Assembly (NCBI GenBank): GCA_963705965.1
Contig: CAVPLI010000001.1
Coordinates: forward strand, 422,947-486,946
Direction: 5' to 3'
From: an uncultured Actinomycetes bacterium
Lineage (GTDB): Bacteria > Actinomycetota > Thermoleophilia > Gaiellales > JALYLC01
Length of the DNA stretch: 64,000 nt
Part shown: positions 17,434-28,641 of the stretch, piece by piece
How the letters are laid out: each line of letters opens with the position of its first letter
Position numbering within the stretch: position 1 is the stretch's first letter
Notes under the pieces: generated by a model
Databases searched by the model: none
What the model was told of the DNA's origin: nothing
What the model saw: only the letters and a program-made list of their open reading frames with translations
Position numbers and translations under genes: made by a program

Positions 17434-18768
17434 TCAGGCCAGCGCCCGCTCGAGGGCCGCGCCGAGCGAGAGGACGAGCGCGTCGGCGCCCAGGGGCCCG
17501 GCGATCTGCAGGCCGACCGGCAGCCCGCCCGCCGTGACGCCGCAGGGCACCGACAGCGCGGGCTGTCCCGTCACGTTGAAGACGACGGTGTAGGAGTGCC
17601 ACTCGAACGCGGCCCGCCAGCGCTCGGCGCGGCCGGCGTCCGGGGGTACGGCATCGAGCGGGGGCGCGGCCCGGGTCAGGACGGGGGAGACCAGCAGCTC
17701 GTACGGGGCCATCGCCTCGAGGACGGCGGCCGTGCCCCGCCGCGCTGCGTCCACCGCGAGCACGTAGTCGGCGACGGTGACGCGCTCGCCGTCGGCCACC
17801 GTCGCCCGCGTCGGCGCCTCGAGTTGCTCGAAGCGCTCGGGCGGCACATTCCGCCGGAGCGCTGCAGACTGGCCGAGCACGATCGTCTCGAACGGCGCCA
17901 TGAGCGCGGCGAGCGGCAGTTCCTCCGCCTCGTCGAGCCGGTGTCCCATGTGCGCGAGCACGGCCAGCGCCGCGTCGAAGATCTCCTCGATCTCGGCGTC
18001 GAGCGTCCCCATGGGCGAGTCGCGCCAGACGCCGATGCGGAGCGGCGCGGGATCCTCCGCGCACGCGACCACGAACGCACCGTCGTGGGGCGGCGGCGAG
18101 TAGGCATCGCCCGGCTCGGGGCCGGCCATCACTTCGAGCATGAGCGCGCAATCGGCCACGGTGCGCGCCATCGGCCCGTTCGTGGCGAGTCCCGCCCAGG
18201 AGTCGTAGGCCGCGGGCGCACCGCTCACGAGCCCGCGCGTCGGCTTGTGGCCGACGACGCCGCAGCACGCGGCGGGGATCCGGATGGAGCCGCCGCCGTC
18301 GGAGCCCTGGGCGAGCCGGCCGATGCCGGCGACGAGCGCCGCCGCCGCGCCGCCGCTCGAGCCGCCAGGCGTGCGCGTGGTGTCGTGCGGGTTGCGGGTC
18401 GGCCCGAAGAGCAGGTTCTCCGTCGTCGGTCGCATGCCCATCTCGGGCGTGTTCGTCTTGCCGATCAGCACGGCTCCCGCGCGTCGCAGGCGCGCGATGC
18501 AGGTGGCGTCCGTCACGGGCATGTGGTCGGCGAACGCGCGCGACCCGTAGGTCGTCGGGTACGGCGTCGCGTCGTTCAGATCCTTGGCCGTGAACGGCAT
18601 GCCGTGCAGCGGCCCGCGCCAGACGTGCGGCAGGCCGTCGCGCTCGCGCGCCTCGGCGAGTGCCCGCTCGCCGTCCCAGGCGACCACGGCGCCGATGCGC
18701 GGGTTCTCGGCCTCAAGCCGCTCGAGCGCCTCGCGGCAGGCCTCCTCGGCCGACGTCTCGGCGCTCAC
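17434..18768 (-). CDS. Amidase (amidase signature family)
   Basis: [34 protein letters not shown] 18768 overlaps the upstream stop. Confidence 0.93.
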   Translation of the reverse strand: MSAETSAEEACREALERLEAENPRIGAVVAWDGERALAEARERDGLPHVWRGPLHGMPFTAKDLNDATPYPTTYGSRAFADHMPVTDATCIARLRRAGAVLIGKTNTPEMGMRPTTENLLFGPTRNPHDTTRTPGGSSGGAAAALVAGIGRLAQGSDGGGSIRIPAACCGVVGHKPTRGLVSGAPAAYDSWAGLATNGPMARTVADCALMLEVMAGPEPGDAYSPPPHDGAFVVACAEDPAPLRIGVWRDSPMGTLDAEIEEIFDAALAVLAHMGHRLDEAEELPLAALMAPFETIVLGQSAALRRNVPPERFEQLEAPTRATVADGERVTVADYVLAVDAARRGTAAVLEAMAPYELLVSPVLTRAAPPLDAVPPDAGRAERWRAAFEWHSYTVVFNVTGQPALSVPCGVTAGGLPVGLQIAGPLGADALVLSLGAALERALA

Positions 18769-19919
18769 GCGGTCACTCCGCGCGCTGCGAGCAGCTCGCG
18801 CACGCGGTCGTGCGGGAGGCCCGGCGAGCGGCGGCCGTTCACGCCGGTCATCTCCTCGGCGGCGCACAGCGCATTCAGAACGGCCTCCTCGGTTGCCTGC
18901 ACGACGGCCTCGAAGAACGGATCCATCGCGACCCACGGCACGAAGCGGAGCGTGCCGTACGCACCTGCCGCGTCGGCGTCCATCCCGATCGTCAGCTCGC
19001 CGTGGTTGCCCGTCGAGAAGGCGAGGAAGATGTCGCCCGAGAAGTGCGATCCCGTCGTCCCGGTCCGCGCGAGGCCGAGCGGGACGCGCCGCGCGAGCGC
19101 CTTGCACTGACCCGGCAGCAGCGGCGCGTCGGTGGCGACGATCGCGATCACGGAGCCGGCGCCGGCGGGGGCGTACCACGACGGGTCGGCCAGCGGATCG
19201 TCGTCGGCGAGCTCGCGGCCGACGGGGACGCCGGCGATGACGAGCTCCTTGCGGGCGCCGAAGTTGGCCTGCACGAAGACGCCCACGGAATACGCGTCGG
19301 AGCCGTGCTCGACGACACGCGACGCCGTCCCCGACCCGCCCTTGAAGTGGTAGCAGTTCATGCCGGTGCCGCCGCCGACCGAGCCCTCCTCGATCGCGCC
19401 TCCGCGCGCGGCGTCGAGCGCGGAGGAGACGACGTCGCTCGTGACGTGGCGGCCGTTGATGTCGTTGAGGTAGCCGTCCCAGGTCTCGGCCGCGACCGGG
19501 AGCGCCCAGACACCGGTCAGCTGCGGATGGCGCTCCGTCGTCCACGCGATCGTGGCCTCCTGCGCGATGCCCACGGCGTGCGTATTCGTGATCGTGACGG
19601 GCAGGAGGAGCGAGCCCGCCTCCTCGATCCAGACCGTGCCGGTCATCTCGCCGTTGCCGTTGAGCGAGAAGAAGCCGGCGGTGCACGCGGTGCCGGGATC
19701 GGCGCGTCCGCGCGGGTGGATCGCCGTCACGCCGGTGCGCACGGGGCCTTCCCCGACCACCAGCGGGCCCTCGCCCGCGATCAGCGTGGCGTAGCCGACC
19801 TCGATGCCCGGCACGTCGGTGATCGCGTTGAACGGCCCCGGAGTGCCGTGAAACGGGATGCCCAGGCCCCTGGCGCGCGGCCGGCCTGCGGGCGTACGGA
19901 GGTGCGCGTCGTGCGTCAT
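18765..19919 (-). CDS. dmpA: P1 family peptidase (DmpA-like aminopeptidase)
   Basis: NAITDVPG, NGNGEMTG, ETWDGYLND, G|SVIAIVATDAPL autocleavage site, SGDIFLAFST. Confidence 0.9.
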   Translation of the reverse strand: MTHDAHLRTPAGRPRARGLGIPFHGTPGPFNAITDVPGIEVGYATLIAGEGPLVVGEGPVRTGVTAIHPRGRADPGTACTAGFFSLNGNGEMTGTVWIEEAGSLLLPVTITNTHAVGIAQEATIAWTTERHPQLTGVWALPVAAETWDGYLNDINGRHVTSDVVSSALDAARGGAIEEGSVGGGTGMNCYHFKGGSGTASRVVEHGSDAYSVGVFVQANFGARKELVIAGVPVGRELADDDPLADPSWYAPAGAGSVIAIVATDAPLLPGQCKALARRVPLGLARTGTTGSHFSGDIFLAFSTGNHGELTIGMDADAAGAYGTLRFVPWVAMDPFFEAVVQATEEAVLNALCAAEEMTGVNGRRSPGLPHDRVRELLAARGVTA

Positions 19920-19982
19920 CGCCGTCGGACCGTACACTCACGCGGGTGACGACGGCAGCGCGTGAAATCGGAGGGGTGCGGC

Positions 19983-20855
19983 GTGTCGTTCCGCGATGAC
20001 GCCCAGCTCGACCCTTCGGAGGTCAGCGACCAGCGCGGTCGCGGCGGCCGCGGCCGCATCGCGATCGGCGGCGGCGGGCTCGGCGTCGCGGCCATCATCG
20101 TCATCGCGCTGCTGCAGCTGCTCGGCGGCGGAGGAGGCCTCGGGCAGCTCGGCCAGCTCGAGGGCGCGACGTCGGGGACGCCCACCGGCGACCTCGCCGA
20201 CTGTCGCACCGGGGCCGATGCGAACGAGCGCCAGGACTGCCGCATCCTCGCCTACGTGAACTCCGTGCAGTCCTTCTGGCGCCAGGAGTTCGAGCGCCGC
20301 GGGAGCCAGTACGTGCCCGCAACGACCTACTTCGAGAGCGGCCAGTGGCAGACCGCCTGCGGCGCGGCCAGCACCGACGTGGGCCCGTTCTACTGCCCGG
20401 CCGACAAGCACGTCTACATCGACCTGGGCTTCCTGGACGAGCTGCGCGACCGCTTCGGCGCGACCGGCGGGTCGCTCGCGCAGGGCTACATCATCGCCCA
20501 CGAGTACGGCCATCACGTCCAGGATCTGCTCGGCATCCTCAAGAACGGCAGCAACGACGAGGGGGCGACGGGCAGGTCGGTGCGCACGGAGCTGCAGGCC
20601 GACTGCTTCGCGGGCGTGTGGGCGGCGCACGCGACCGAGACGGGCCTGCTGGAGCCGATCACGCAGGCGCAGATCGACGACGCCCTGAACGCCGCGGCGG
20701 CCGTCGGCGACGATCGCATCCAGAGTCAGACGCAGGGCCAGGTCAACCCCGACGTGTGGACGCACGGCTCCTCCGCGCAGCGCCAGCGCTGGTTCAAGAC
20801 GGGCTACCAGACCGGCGACATGACCAAGTGCGACACGTTCGGAGGATCGATCTAG
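19983..20855 (+). CDS. Neutral zinc metallopeptidase (YpfJ-like)
   Basis: GPFYCPAD, AHEYGHHVQ, ELQADCFAG, THGSSAQR. Confidence 0.93.
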   Translation: MSFRDDAQLDPSEVSDQRGRGGRGRIAIGGGGLGVAAIIVIALLQLLGGGGGLGQLGQLEGATSGTPTGDLADCRTGADANERQDCRILAYVNSVQSFWRQEFERRGSQYVPATTYFESGQWQTACGAASTDVGPFYCPADKHVYIDLGFLDELRDRFGATGGSLAQGYIIAHEYGHHVQDLLGILKNGSNDEGATGRSVRTELQADCFAGVWAAHATETGLLEPITQAQIDDALNAAAAVGDDRIQSQTQGQVNPDVWTHGSSAQRQRWFKTGYQTGDMTKCDTFGGSI

Positions 20856-21581
20856 ATGCAGCTCGAAGGCCGCCGCATCCTCGTGACGGGGGCGTCCTCC
20901 GGCATCGGCCGCGCGGTCGCGCAGCTGTGCGTCGCCGCCGGCGCGCGGGTGCTCGCGACGGGCCGCCGCGCCGAGGCGCTGGAGGAGCTCGACGGCGTGC
21001 GCCGCTACGCCTGCGACCTGCGCGATCCGGGTGCGCCCGCGGCCTGCGTGGCCGAGGGTGTGGAGCGACTGGGCGGCCTCGACGGCGTCGTGCACGCGGC
21101 CGGCACCGTGATCCGCGGCCAGGATCCGCGCGGCTCGAGCGACGAGGAGATCGACGGCATCCTGCTCGACAACCTCGCGGTGCCGCAGCGCGTCGCGCGC
21201 GCGGCGCTCGGCGCGCTCGGGCGCGGCGGATCGCTGGTGCTCGTCTCGAGCCAGCTCGCGCACATCGGTGCGCCCGGCTATTCGAGCTACTGCGCCGCCA
21301 AGGGCGGAGTCGAGGCGCTCGTGCGCTCGCTCGCGGTGGACGTCGGGCCCGACGGCATCCGCGTCAACGCCGTGGCGCCGGGGCTCGTGCAGACGCCGAT
21401 GGCCTACCACCAGCGCGAGAACTTCGACGAGCTCGCGCCGGCCATCGCCGAGCGCCATCCGCTGCGCCGCATCGGTCAGGCCGAGGACATCGCCGGTCCG
21501 GTGGCGTTCCTGCTCTCGGATGCGTCATCCTGGATGACGGGGCAGACGATCGTCGTCGACGGCGGCTACACGATTCAGTGA
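20856..21581 (+). CDS. SDR family oxidoreductase
   Basis: TGASSGIG, YCAAK. Confidence 0.93.
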   Translation: MQLEGRRILVTGASSGIGRAVAQLCVAAGARVLATGRRAEALEELDGVRRYACDLRDPGAPAACVAEGVERLGGLDGVVHAAGTVIRGQDPRGSSDEEIDGILLDNLAVPQRVARAALGALGRGGSLVLVSSQLAHIGAPGYSSYCAAKGGVEALVRSLAVDVGPDGIRVNAVAPGLVQTPMAYHQRENFDELAPAIAERHPLRRIGQAEDIAGPVAFLLSDASSWMTGQTIVVDGGYTIQ

Positions 21582-21588
21582 TGAGGTT

Positions 21589-22032
21589 ATGGCACAGTTT
21601 CACCACACAGGTCTGACGGTCTCGAACCTCGAGCGCGCACTCGCGTTCTGGAGCGACGCCCTGGGCGCCGAGATCGTGATGCAGCAGGACCGGCAGGGCG
21701 GCTACTTCGAGGAGATCGTCGGCGAGCACGGCGTCGACGTGCGCTGTGCGCACGTCGCGTTCGGCGGCGAGGGCCCGCGCGTGGAGCTGTTCGAGTTCCG
21801 CTCGCCGCGCGGCGGGAACGTCGCGGGCAGGACGGCGGACGTCGGCTTCGCGCACGTCTGCGTCACCTGCGACGATCTCGACGCGATGCTGGAGCGCCTC
21901 GTCGCAGCGGGCGGGCGGCCGGTGTCCGACCCCGTCTCCATCGACAGCGGCGCCAACGCCGGCGGCCGCGCCGTCTACGTGCGCGACCCCGACGGGCACA
22001 CCGTCGAGCTGTTCACGCAGGCCGCGACCTGA
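21589..22032 (+). CDS. VOC family protein (metal-binding glyoxalase/epimerase-like)
   Basis: HHTGLTV, VELFEF, HVCV, RDPDGHTVEL. Confidence 0.9.
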   Translation: MAQFHHTGLTVSNLERALAFWSDALGAEIVMQQDRQGGYFEEIVGEHGVDVRCAHVAFGGEGPRVELFEFRSPRGGNVAGRTADVGFAHVCVTCDDLDAMLERLVAAGGRPVSDPVSIDSGANAGGRAVYVRDPDGHTVELFTQAAT

Positions 22033-22041
22033 GGCTCCGCG

Positions 22042-22773
22042 ATGCCGTTCGATCCGACCAGCATCGACTCGACGCCGTACGGCGCGCCACTCGTGCCGGT
22101 GCTGCCGATCCGGCTGCGCCGCACGGAGATCCTCACGGTCGTCTACCGCACCGATCCCGCGGCCGCCGACGCGCTGATCCCGTCGCCGCTGAAGCTCGCC
22201 GGCGACCTCTGCGTCGTCCACGTCTACCGCATGCACGACGCCGAGTGGTTCGGGGTCTACTGCGAGTCGGCCTTCCAGCTCCCGGTGGTGCTCCCCGACG
22301 GGACGGGGGCCGTGTACTCGCCGTTCCTCGTGCTCGAGTCCGACGGCGCCGTCGCGGCCGGGCGCGAGTTGTACGGCCAGCCGAAGAAGTACGGGCAGGT
22401 CTCGCTCGCCCCCGACGGCGACCTGCTGGTCGGTCGCGTCGCCCGCAACGGCATCGACATCGCGACCGCCACGACCGTCTGGAAGCAGCGCCCCGCCGAG
22501 GGCGGCGAGCTCGAGCGCCTCGTGCCCGGCTCGGCGGTCAACGTCAACCTGCGCGTGCTGCCGGAGGACGGCTCCGAGATGCGGCGCGAGCTCGTCGCGC
22601 GCACGTTTGCCGACGTCGAGGAGCACGAGGCGTGGGTGGGGCCGGCGACGCTCGAGCTGCGCCCGAACGCCCAGGTGCCGGTGCACCTGCTGGCCGTACG
22701 CGAGGTCGTGCTCGGCCTGCACCGCGTGCTCGACCTCTCGCTGCCGCCCGGCCACGTCGTCCACCGCTACTGA
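22042..22773 (+). CDS. Acetoacetate decarboxylase family protein
   Basis: YRTDP, YCES, AGRELYGQPKK (Schiff-base Lys region), AWVGPATL. Confidence 0.88.
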   Translation: MPFDPTSIDSTPYGAPLVPVLPIRLRRTEILTVVYRTDPAAADALIPSPLKLAGDLCVVHVYRMHDAEWFGVYCESAFQLPVVLPDGTGAVYSPFLVLESDGAVAAGRELYGQPKKYGQVSLAPDGDLLVGRVARNGIDIATATTVWKQRPAEGGELERLVPGSAVNVNLRVLPEDGSEMRRELVARTFADVEEHEAWVGPATLELRPNAQVPVHLLAVREVVLGLHRVLDLSLPPGHVVHRY

Positions 22774-22828
22774 AACCGCGCCGGTTGCCCCTTGACGCGG
22801 CTCCTGCTATAGCGTTTACTGCCGTCGG

Positions 22829-23501
22829 GTGGGGACACCTGCCGAGCAATTTCCCGTCAGCGTCGCCGGACGGGTGGCCGATCAGCTGCGGGATCAGATC
22901 CGCGACGGAGCGTACGCGCCGGGCGCGCGGCTCGTCGAGCGTGCGATCGCACGCGATCTCGGCACGAGCCACATCCCCGTGCGCGAGGCGCTTGCGCGGC
23001 TGGCCGAGGAGGGACTGGTCGTGCGACTGCCGCGGCGCGGGGCGCGCGTCGCCGAGCTCTCGCCGCGCTCGCTCGAGGAGATCTCGAGCGTGCGCGTGGT
23101 GCTCGAGCAGTTCGTGTGCCAGCGCGTGCTGGAGCGCTGGACGCCGTCGGCCCAGTCGGAGTTGATGCGGATCGCGCGCCGGATGGCGACGGCCGCGGAG
23201 CGCGACTCGACGAAGACCGTCGGCGAGCTCGACGTCCGCTTCCACGAGACGCTCTGGCAGCTCGCGGACCACGAGCTGCTGCTCGAGGTGGCGGCCGGCC
23301 TGCGCGGTCGCATCGAGCGCTTCCTGCGCGCCGCCAACAGCCGCGCTCGCGCCCGACGAGCTGCGCCAGCACGCACAGTCGCACGTCGAGCTCGTCGAGT
23401 TGCTCGCCTCGGGCGATCACGACGCCGTGGCCGCCGCCATGCGCAGCCACATCCTGCTGGGCGCCGAGCGCGTCGCGCGTGCGGAGGGGATCGGCTCCTG
23501 A
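22829..23501 (+). CDS. GntR family regulator (FCD domain); one frameshift near 23342
   Basis: PGARLVE...SHIPVREAL, DVRFHE; the +1 frame continues ALAPDELRQHAQSH...MRSHI to TGA 23501. Confidence 0.88.
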
Positions 23502-23701
23502 CGCCGGTGGCCATCCTGGACTCCGATCTCCCGAACGCACCCGGGGCGCTAACCGAACAGCCCCGTCCGGCGACACAGCAGGTAGTCGAATTGCCGGCCG
23601 GCACCGCCGCGCCGAACGTCGTCAAGGCCGCCGCACCTGCGGTACACGGCCACCCAGAAGCCGGCGCCCCCGCGCCGGCTCCCCATTGAGCGGAGGACAC
23701 G

Positions 23702-25057
23702 ATGGAAGAACTGCTCGCCCAGGAGATGAACCGCCGCAGGCTGCTGAAGATGGCCGGAGCCGCAGCGGCCGCCGGCCTCGCATTCGGTGCGGCGCCCGCC
23801 TCGGCTCGATCCAGCGCCGGCAACATCAAGATGTGGTGGTGGGGCCAGCAGGAGGCCGTCGGCATCCAGACCTGGATGGACGACACCATCAAGAAGTTCA
23901 AGGCCCAGACCGGCTCGAGCGTCTCGCCGACGCTGATGGACACCGCCCAGGTGATCCCGCAGTTCACGAAGGCCGCGTCGGCCGGCGCCGTTCCCGACGT
24001 GCAGTTCCTGTTCAACGGGATCTACCACATGGAGAACGTGTGGCTCGGGTACCTCAAGCCGCTCAACGGCCTCGTCTCGGCCGCGACGGTCAAGCAGGGC
24101 GGGGGCACGTCGCTCTCGCAGTACCAGGGCAAGTCGTACCGCACGGGCTTCTACTCGCTCGCGTTCGGCGTGCAGTACAACAAGGAGCACTTCGACAAGG
24201 CCGGCCTCAACGCCGATTCGCCCCCGAAGACGTGGGACGCCTTCATGGACGCCTGCGACAAGCTCAAGACGAAGGGCTACATCCCGCTCGGCGGCGGCAT
24301 CAAGGACGGCTTCCTCGGTGAGTGGTGGCTCGTCAACTCGCTGACGCAGAACCTGAACAGCGCCGCCGACGCGCTCAACCTGTTCATCGGCAAGCTCGAC
24401 TGGCGCTCGCCGAAGTACCACGAGCACTGGATCAAGCTGCAGGAGCTCTACGACGCGAAGTACTGGAACGACGACGTCAACTCGCTCGACCTCTACCGCG
24501 GCATCCAGCTCTACAACACCGGCAAGGCGTCGATGGCGCTCAACAACACGCCGGCGCTGCCCGACTCGCAGAAGAAGCTCGGCAAGGACGTCGTCGGCTT
24601 CATGAAGCTGCCGACGTTCGGCACCGGCAAGATGGCGCCGTACCCGATCGTGGACACGCAGGGCTTCGGCATCCCGGCCAAGGCCAAGGATCCGGAGACT
24701 GCGGCGAAGTTCATCGACTTCATGCACTCGCCCGAGCGCCTGAAGGCGTACTGGACGCTCTCGCAGCAGATCCCGGCCGACGCGCGCTTCAACCCGGCGG
24801 TGATCAACAATCCGCTGATCAAGACCACGTACAACAAGTTCATCAAGGCGAAGCACAACGTGTACGTCGCCGACCTCATGCCGGGCCTGTTCTGGACCGA
24901 CGCCATGTTCGTGATCTCGCAGAAGATCCTGGGCGGCAGCATGAAGGGCTCGGAGTCCGGTGACTACGCGGCCAAGATCACGCAGAAGTGGAAGAAGCAG
25001 AACCCGGATCAGGTCAAGCACTACACGACCTGGGGCAAGGATCTGAAGAGCGCGTGA
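23702..25057 (+). CDS. Carbohydrate ABC transporter solute-binding protein, Tat signal
   Basis: NRRRLLK twin-arginine signal, YNKEHFDKAGL...PPKTWD; GGAGG RBS. Confidence 0.9.
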   Translation: MEELLAQEMNRRRLLKMAGAAAAAGLAFGAAPASARSSAGNIKMWWWGQQEAVGIQTWMDDTIKKFKAQTGSSVSPTLMDTAQVIPQFTKAASAGAVPDVQFLFNGIYHMENVWLGYLKPLNGLVSAATVKQGGGTSLSQYQGKSYRTGFYSLAFGVQYNKEHFDKAGLNADSPPKTWDAFMDACDKLKTKGYIPLGGGIKDGFLGEWWLVNSLTQNLNSAADALNLFIGKLDWRSPKYHEHWIKLQELYDAKYWNDDVNSLDLYRGIQLYNTGKASMALNNTPALPDSQKKLGKDVVGFMKLPTFGTGKMAPYPIVDTQGFGIPAKAKDPETAAKFIDFMHSPERLKAYWTLSQQIPADARFNPAVINNPLIKTTYNKFIKAKHNVYVADLMPGLFWTDAMFVISQKILGGSMKGSESGDYAAKITQKWKKQNPDQVKHYTTWGKDLKSA

Positions 25058-25091
25058 GGCCGGTGCTCGGGCCGCGGACGAGGAGACGCCG

Positions 25092-25977
25092 ATGGTGAGG
25101 GCACGGCCCTGGGTGCCGTACCTCTACTGCACGCCACTGGTGGCGCTGCTGATCTTCATCTTCGGCTATCCCCTGGTCAAGGTCGTCGATTTCTCGACGC
25201 GCCTCGTCCGCGGCTCGAGCGGGCCCTTCATCGGGCTCGACAACTACCGCAACGCACTCGACGACCCGACGTTCCGCAACGCCGCGCGCCACAGCGCGAC
25301 GCTGCTGCTGGCCGTCCCGGTGCTGCTCGCGATCTCCGTCCTCGTCTCGGTGATCCTGTACGAGCAGGTGCGCGGCTGGCGCGTCTATCGCAGCGTGCTC
25401 TTCATGCCGTACATCCTCGCCGTGCCGATCGTCGGCATCGTGGCGAGCTACATGTTCACGCTCCACGGCGTCGTCAACGACCTGTTCGCGAAGGCGGGCC
25501 TCGATTCACTCGCCATCGACTGGATCGGGAGCGAGCACTACGCGCTCATGACCGTCCTGATCGTGATCATCTGGCGCGAGGTCGGCTTCGGCATCGTGCT
25601 CTTCCTGGCTCGCCTGATGAGCCTGGACGACGCGCCGCTCGAGGCCGCGCGCATCGACGGAGCCAGCTGGTGGCAGCGGCTCTGGCACGTGATCCTGCCC
25701 GAGTTGCGCGGCACGATCGAGTTCTACGTGCGTGATCGCCGCGACGACCCTGCTCGCGTTCGCGTTCGCCTACGTCTGGACGCTCACGCAGGGCGGCCCG
25801 GGCGACGCGACGACGACGCTCGAGGTCTACATCTACAACACCGGCGAGGTGCAATCGCTGCCCGGGCAGGCCGCGGCCGTCGCGACGATGCTGCTCGGTG
25901 TGATGTGCCCGTTCATCGCGCTGCTCTTCTGGGTGCGCCGGCGGGTCGAGCGCGCCGAGATCGCGGAGGCGGTGTGA
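25092..25977 (+). CDS. Carbohydrate ABC permease; one frameshift near 25731
   Basis: FIGLDNY, EAARIDGAS; continues in the 25732-25977 frame (LTQGGPG...TLEVYIY). Confidence 0.9.
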
Positions 25978-26831
25978 GCGCGGCCGCAGATCCCCGGCCG
26001 CGGGCGCGCCGGCGGCGCCTCGCCAATCTGCCGCACCACGTCGTGCTCGTGGGCGCGGCGCTGCTCGCGCTCTTCCCGGTGCTGTTCATGCTCATGACGG
26101 CGCTCAAGACCGACAAGCAGTACCTCGACGACACGCTCGGCCCGCCCTGGCCGCTCTCGTTCGGCAACTTCCGCGAGGCGCTGCACGGCGGCGACTTCTT
26201 CATCTGGCTCAAGAACTCGGCGATCATGACGCTCGGCGCCGTGATCGTCTCGACGCTCGCGGCCGCGCTGTGCGCGTTCGCCATCGCGCGCATGCGCTTC
26301 CGCGGCCAGAACCTGCTGCTCTCGGTCAACATCGCGCTGCTGGTCGTGCCGCCGGTGGTGCTGCTGATCCCGCTCTTCGTGCAGTACGTCGACATCGGGC
26401 TCGTGAGCACCTACCGCGGCGTGATCCTGATCTACGCCGGGCTCACGGCGCCGTTCTCGGTCTACCTGCTGACGAACTTCTTCCGCACGATCCCGGACGA
26501 GCTGATCGAGTCCGCGATGGCCGACGGCGCCTCGCACTTCCGCATCCTCTGGCAGATCGTGATGCCGCTCTCGGCGCCGGCGTTCGTGACGCTCGTCGTC
26601 GTCAACGCGCTGTGGGTCTGGAACGAGCTGCTGATCGCGCTCGTCTTCCTGCCGGAGGACCGTCTGAAGACGCTGATGGTCGGCATCACGGTCTTCCAGG
26701 GCCGCTACTCGCTCGACGTGCCGGTCCTGATGGCGGGCATGCTGCTCGCGTCGGTGCCGATGCTGGTCCTGTACCTGATCGGCCAGCGCTTCTTCATCCG
26801 CGGCCTCACGGCCGGGGCGCTCAAGGGCTAG
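25974..26831 (+). CDS. Carbohydrate ABC permease
   Basis: ELIESAMADGAS, WNELL, QRFFIRGLTAGALKG; GTGA overlap. Confidence 0.92.
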   Translation: MSAAADPRPRARRRRLANLPHHVVLVGAALLALFPVLFMLMTALKTDKQYLDDTLGPPWPLSFGNFREALHGGDFFIWLKNSAIMTLGAVIVSTLAAALCAFAIARMRFRGQNLLLSVNIALLVVPPVVLLIPLFVQYVDIGLVSTYRGVILIYAGLTAPFSVYLLTNFFRTIPDELIESAMADGASHFRILWQIVMPLSAPAFVTLVVVNALWVWNELLIALVFLPEDRLKTLMVGITVFQGRYSLDVPVLMAGMLLASVPMLVLYLIGQRFFIRGLTAGALKG

Positions 26832-26839
26832 GAGGGGAT

Positions 26840-27632
26840 ATGGGACGCTTCGACGGCAAGGGCGTGATCGTGACCGGTGCCGGCCAGGGCATCGGCCAGG
26901 CGACTGCGCAGCGATTCGCGTCCGAGGGCGCCGACGTCATGCTGGTCGGGCGGCGACCCCTGCCGCTCGAGGAGACCGCGGAGCTGATCCGCGGCGAGGG
27001 CGGCAAGGCCTGGGAGCACCCCTGCGACGTGACCGACGCGGCCGAGGTGCGACGGCGCCGTGGCGGCGGCGAAGGCGCGCTGGGGCGGCAGGATCGACGT
27101 GCTGATCAACAACGCCGGCATCGACGACGAGACGCCGTTCCTGGAGATGACCGAGGAGTCGTGGCGCGCGGTCCTCGACACGAACCTGACCGGCCCCTTC
27201 CTGTTCTCGCGCGCAGTGGCGCCGGTGATGGTGCACTCCGGCGGCGGCGTGATCCTGCACAACGCGTCGATCGACGCCTCGGGCGGCGACGGGCCGTTCG
27301 CGAGCTACAACGCCTCGAAGGCCGGCCTGCTCGGGCTCAACCGCACGATGGCGCTCGAGCTCGGGCCGCACGGCATCCGCGTCAACTGCGTCAGCCCGGG
27401 CTTCACGCACACCGACATGACCGAGCGCGCGGTCGGTCCCGCGATGATGGGCTACCTCAACGGCCAGTTCGAGCGCGTGCCGATGCGACGCCTCGTGAAG
27501 CCGTCCGAGATCGCCGCGGCCTTCGCGTTCCTGGCCTCCGACGACGCCTCCGGCATCACGGGCATCGACCTCACGGTGGACTGCGGCCTGACCGCGAACT
27601 GGTTCATCCTCGAGACGCTGCCCGAGCTGTGA
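26840..27632 (+). CDS. SDR family oxidoreductase; one frameshift near 27050
   Basis: TGAGQGIG in the first frame; NNAG and YNASK in the second; GGAGG RBS. Confidence 0.9.
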
Positions 27633-28641
27633 CGGAGGCCTGCAGCGCTGATCGAGGGCGAGCGCGCCGGCTGGCGCTCGCTGACGCTGCGCAACGGCTG
27701 CATCGAGGTCACGGTGCTGCCCGGCAAGGGCTGTGACATCTACGAGTTCCGCGATCGCTCGACGGGCGTCGACGTCCTCTTCAAGTCGCCCTGGGGGCTG
27801 CAGCCGCCGGGCTCGCCGCCGCGCGAGGGCTGGGGCGGGATGGAGTTCCTGCGCCAACTACGAGGGCGGCTGGCAGGAGCTCCTGCCGAGCTGCAACGAC
27901 CCCTGCAGCTACCGCGGCACCGAGATCCCGTTCCACGGCGAGGTCGCGCTGACGGCATGGGACGTGACGGTCGCGGCCGACGGTGACGACGCCGTCGAGT
28001 TGATCGGCCGCGTGCGCTGCTCGCTCACGCCGTTCGCGCTCGAGCGGCGCATGCGCATCGAGCGCGGCGCGCCGGTGCTGACGCTGCGCGAGCGCGTCGA
28101 GAACCTCTCGGGCGAGGCGCACCATCTCGTGTGGGGGCACCACTGCGTCGTCGGCGCCCCGTTCCTCGAGGCCGGCTGCCGCCTGCACGCGCCGGTGAGC
28201 ACGATCGTGACGCTGCCGGAGGCCTGGGAGGAGACGGCGCGGCTCGCACCCGGTCAGCGGGAGCCCTGGCCGCACGCGCTGCTGAAGGACGGCGGGCGCA
28301 CCGACCTGCGCGAGGTGCCGGGCGCCGAGTGCGGCTCCCACGACGACATCTTCCTGACCGGTCTCGAGGACGGGACGGTCGCCGTCGAGAATCCGCGCCT
28401 GGGCCGCACGTTCCGGCTCGGCTTCGACCACACGCTGTTCCGCTGGCTGTGCACCTGGCAGCCCTACGGCGGCGCTCACGAGCTGCCGCTGGCGGGCTCC
28501 TACGCGCTCGGGATCGAGCCGTGGATCTCCTCGGGCAATCTCGCGGACGCCGTCGCCTCGGGCGAGGCGATCGAGCTCGCCGGGGGCGCCGTCCTGGAGA
28601 CAACGCTGACCGCCGCCATCGAGGGAGGACCCGTCGCATGA
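27629..28641 (+). CDS. Aldose 1-epimerase/galactose mutarotase-like protein (DUF4432-like); frameshifts near 27646 and 27852
   Basis: LRNG.IEVTVLPGKGCDI, YEGGWQELLP, PFHGE, WGHH, LGIEPW. Confidence 0.8.

Noticed and set aside
23502..23701. Riboswitch in the leader of the ABC binding protein
   Set aside because: No recognisable aptamer consensus; only a short GC hairpin near the RBS
25092..26831. 579-aa fused double permease
   Set aside because: Artefact of the frameshift near 25731; two normal permeases overlap at GTGA 25974-25977
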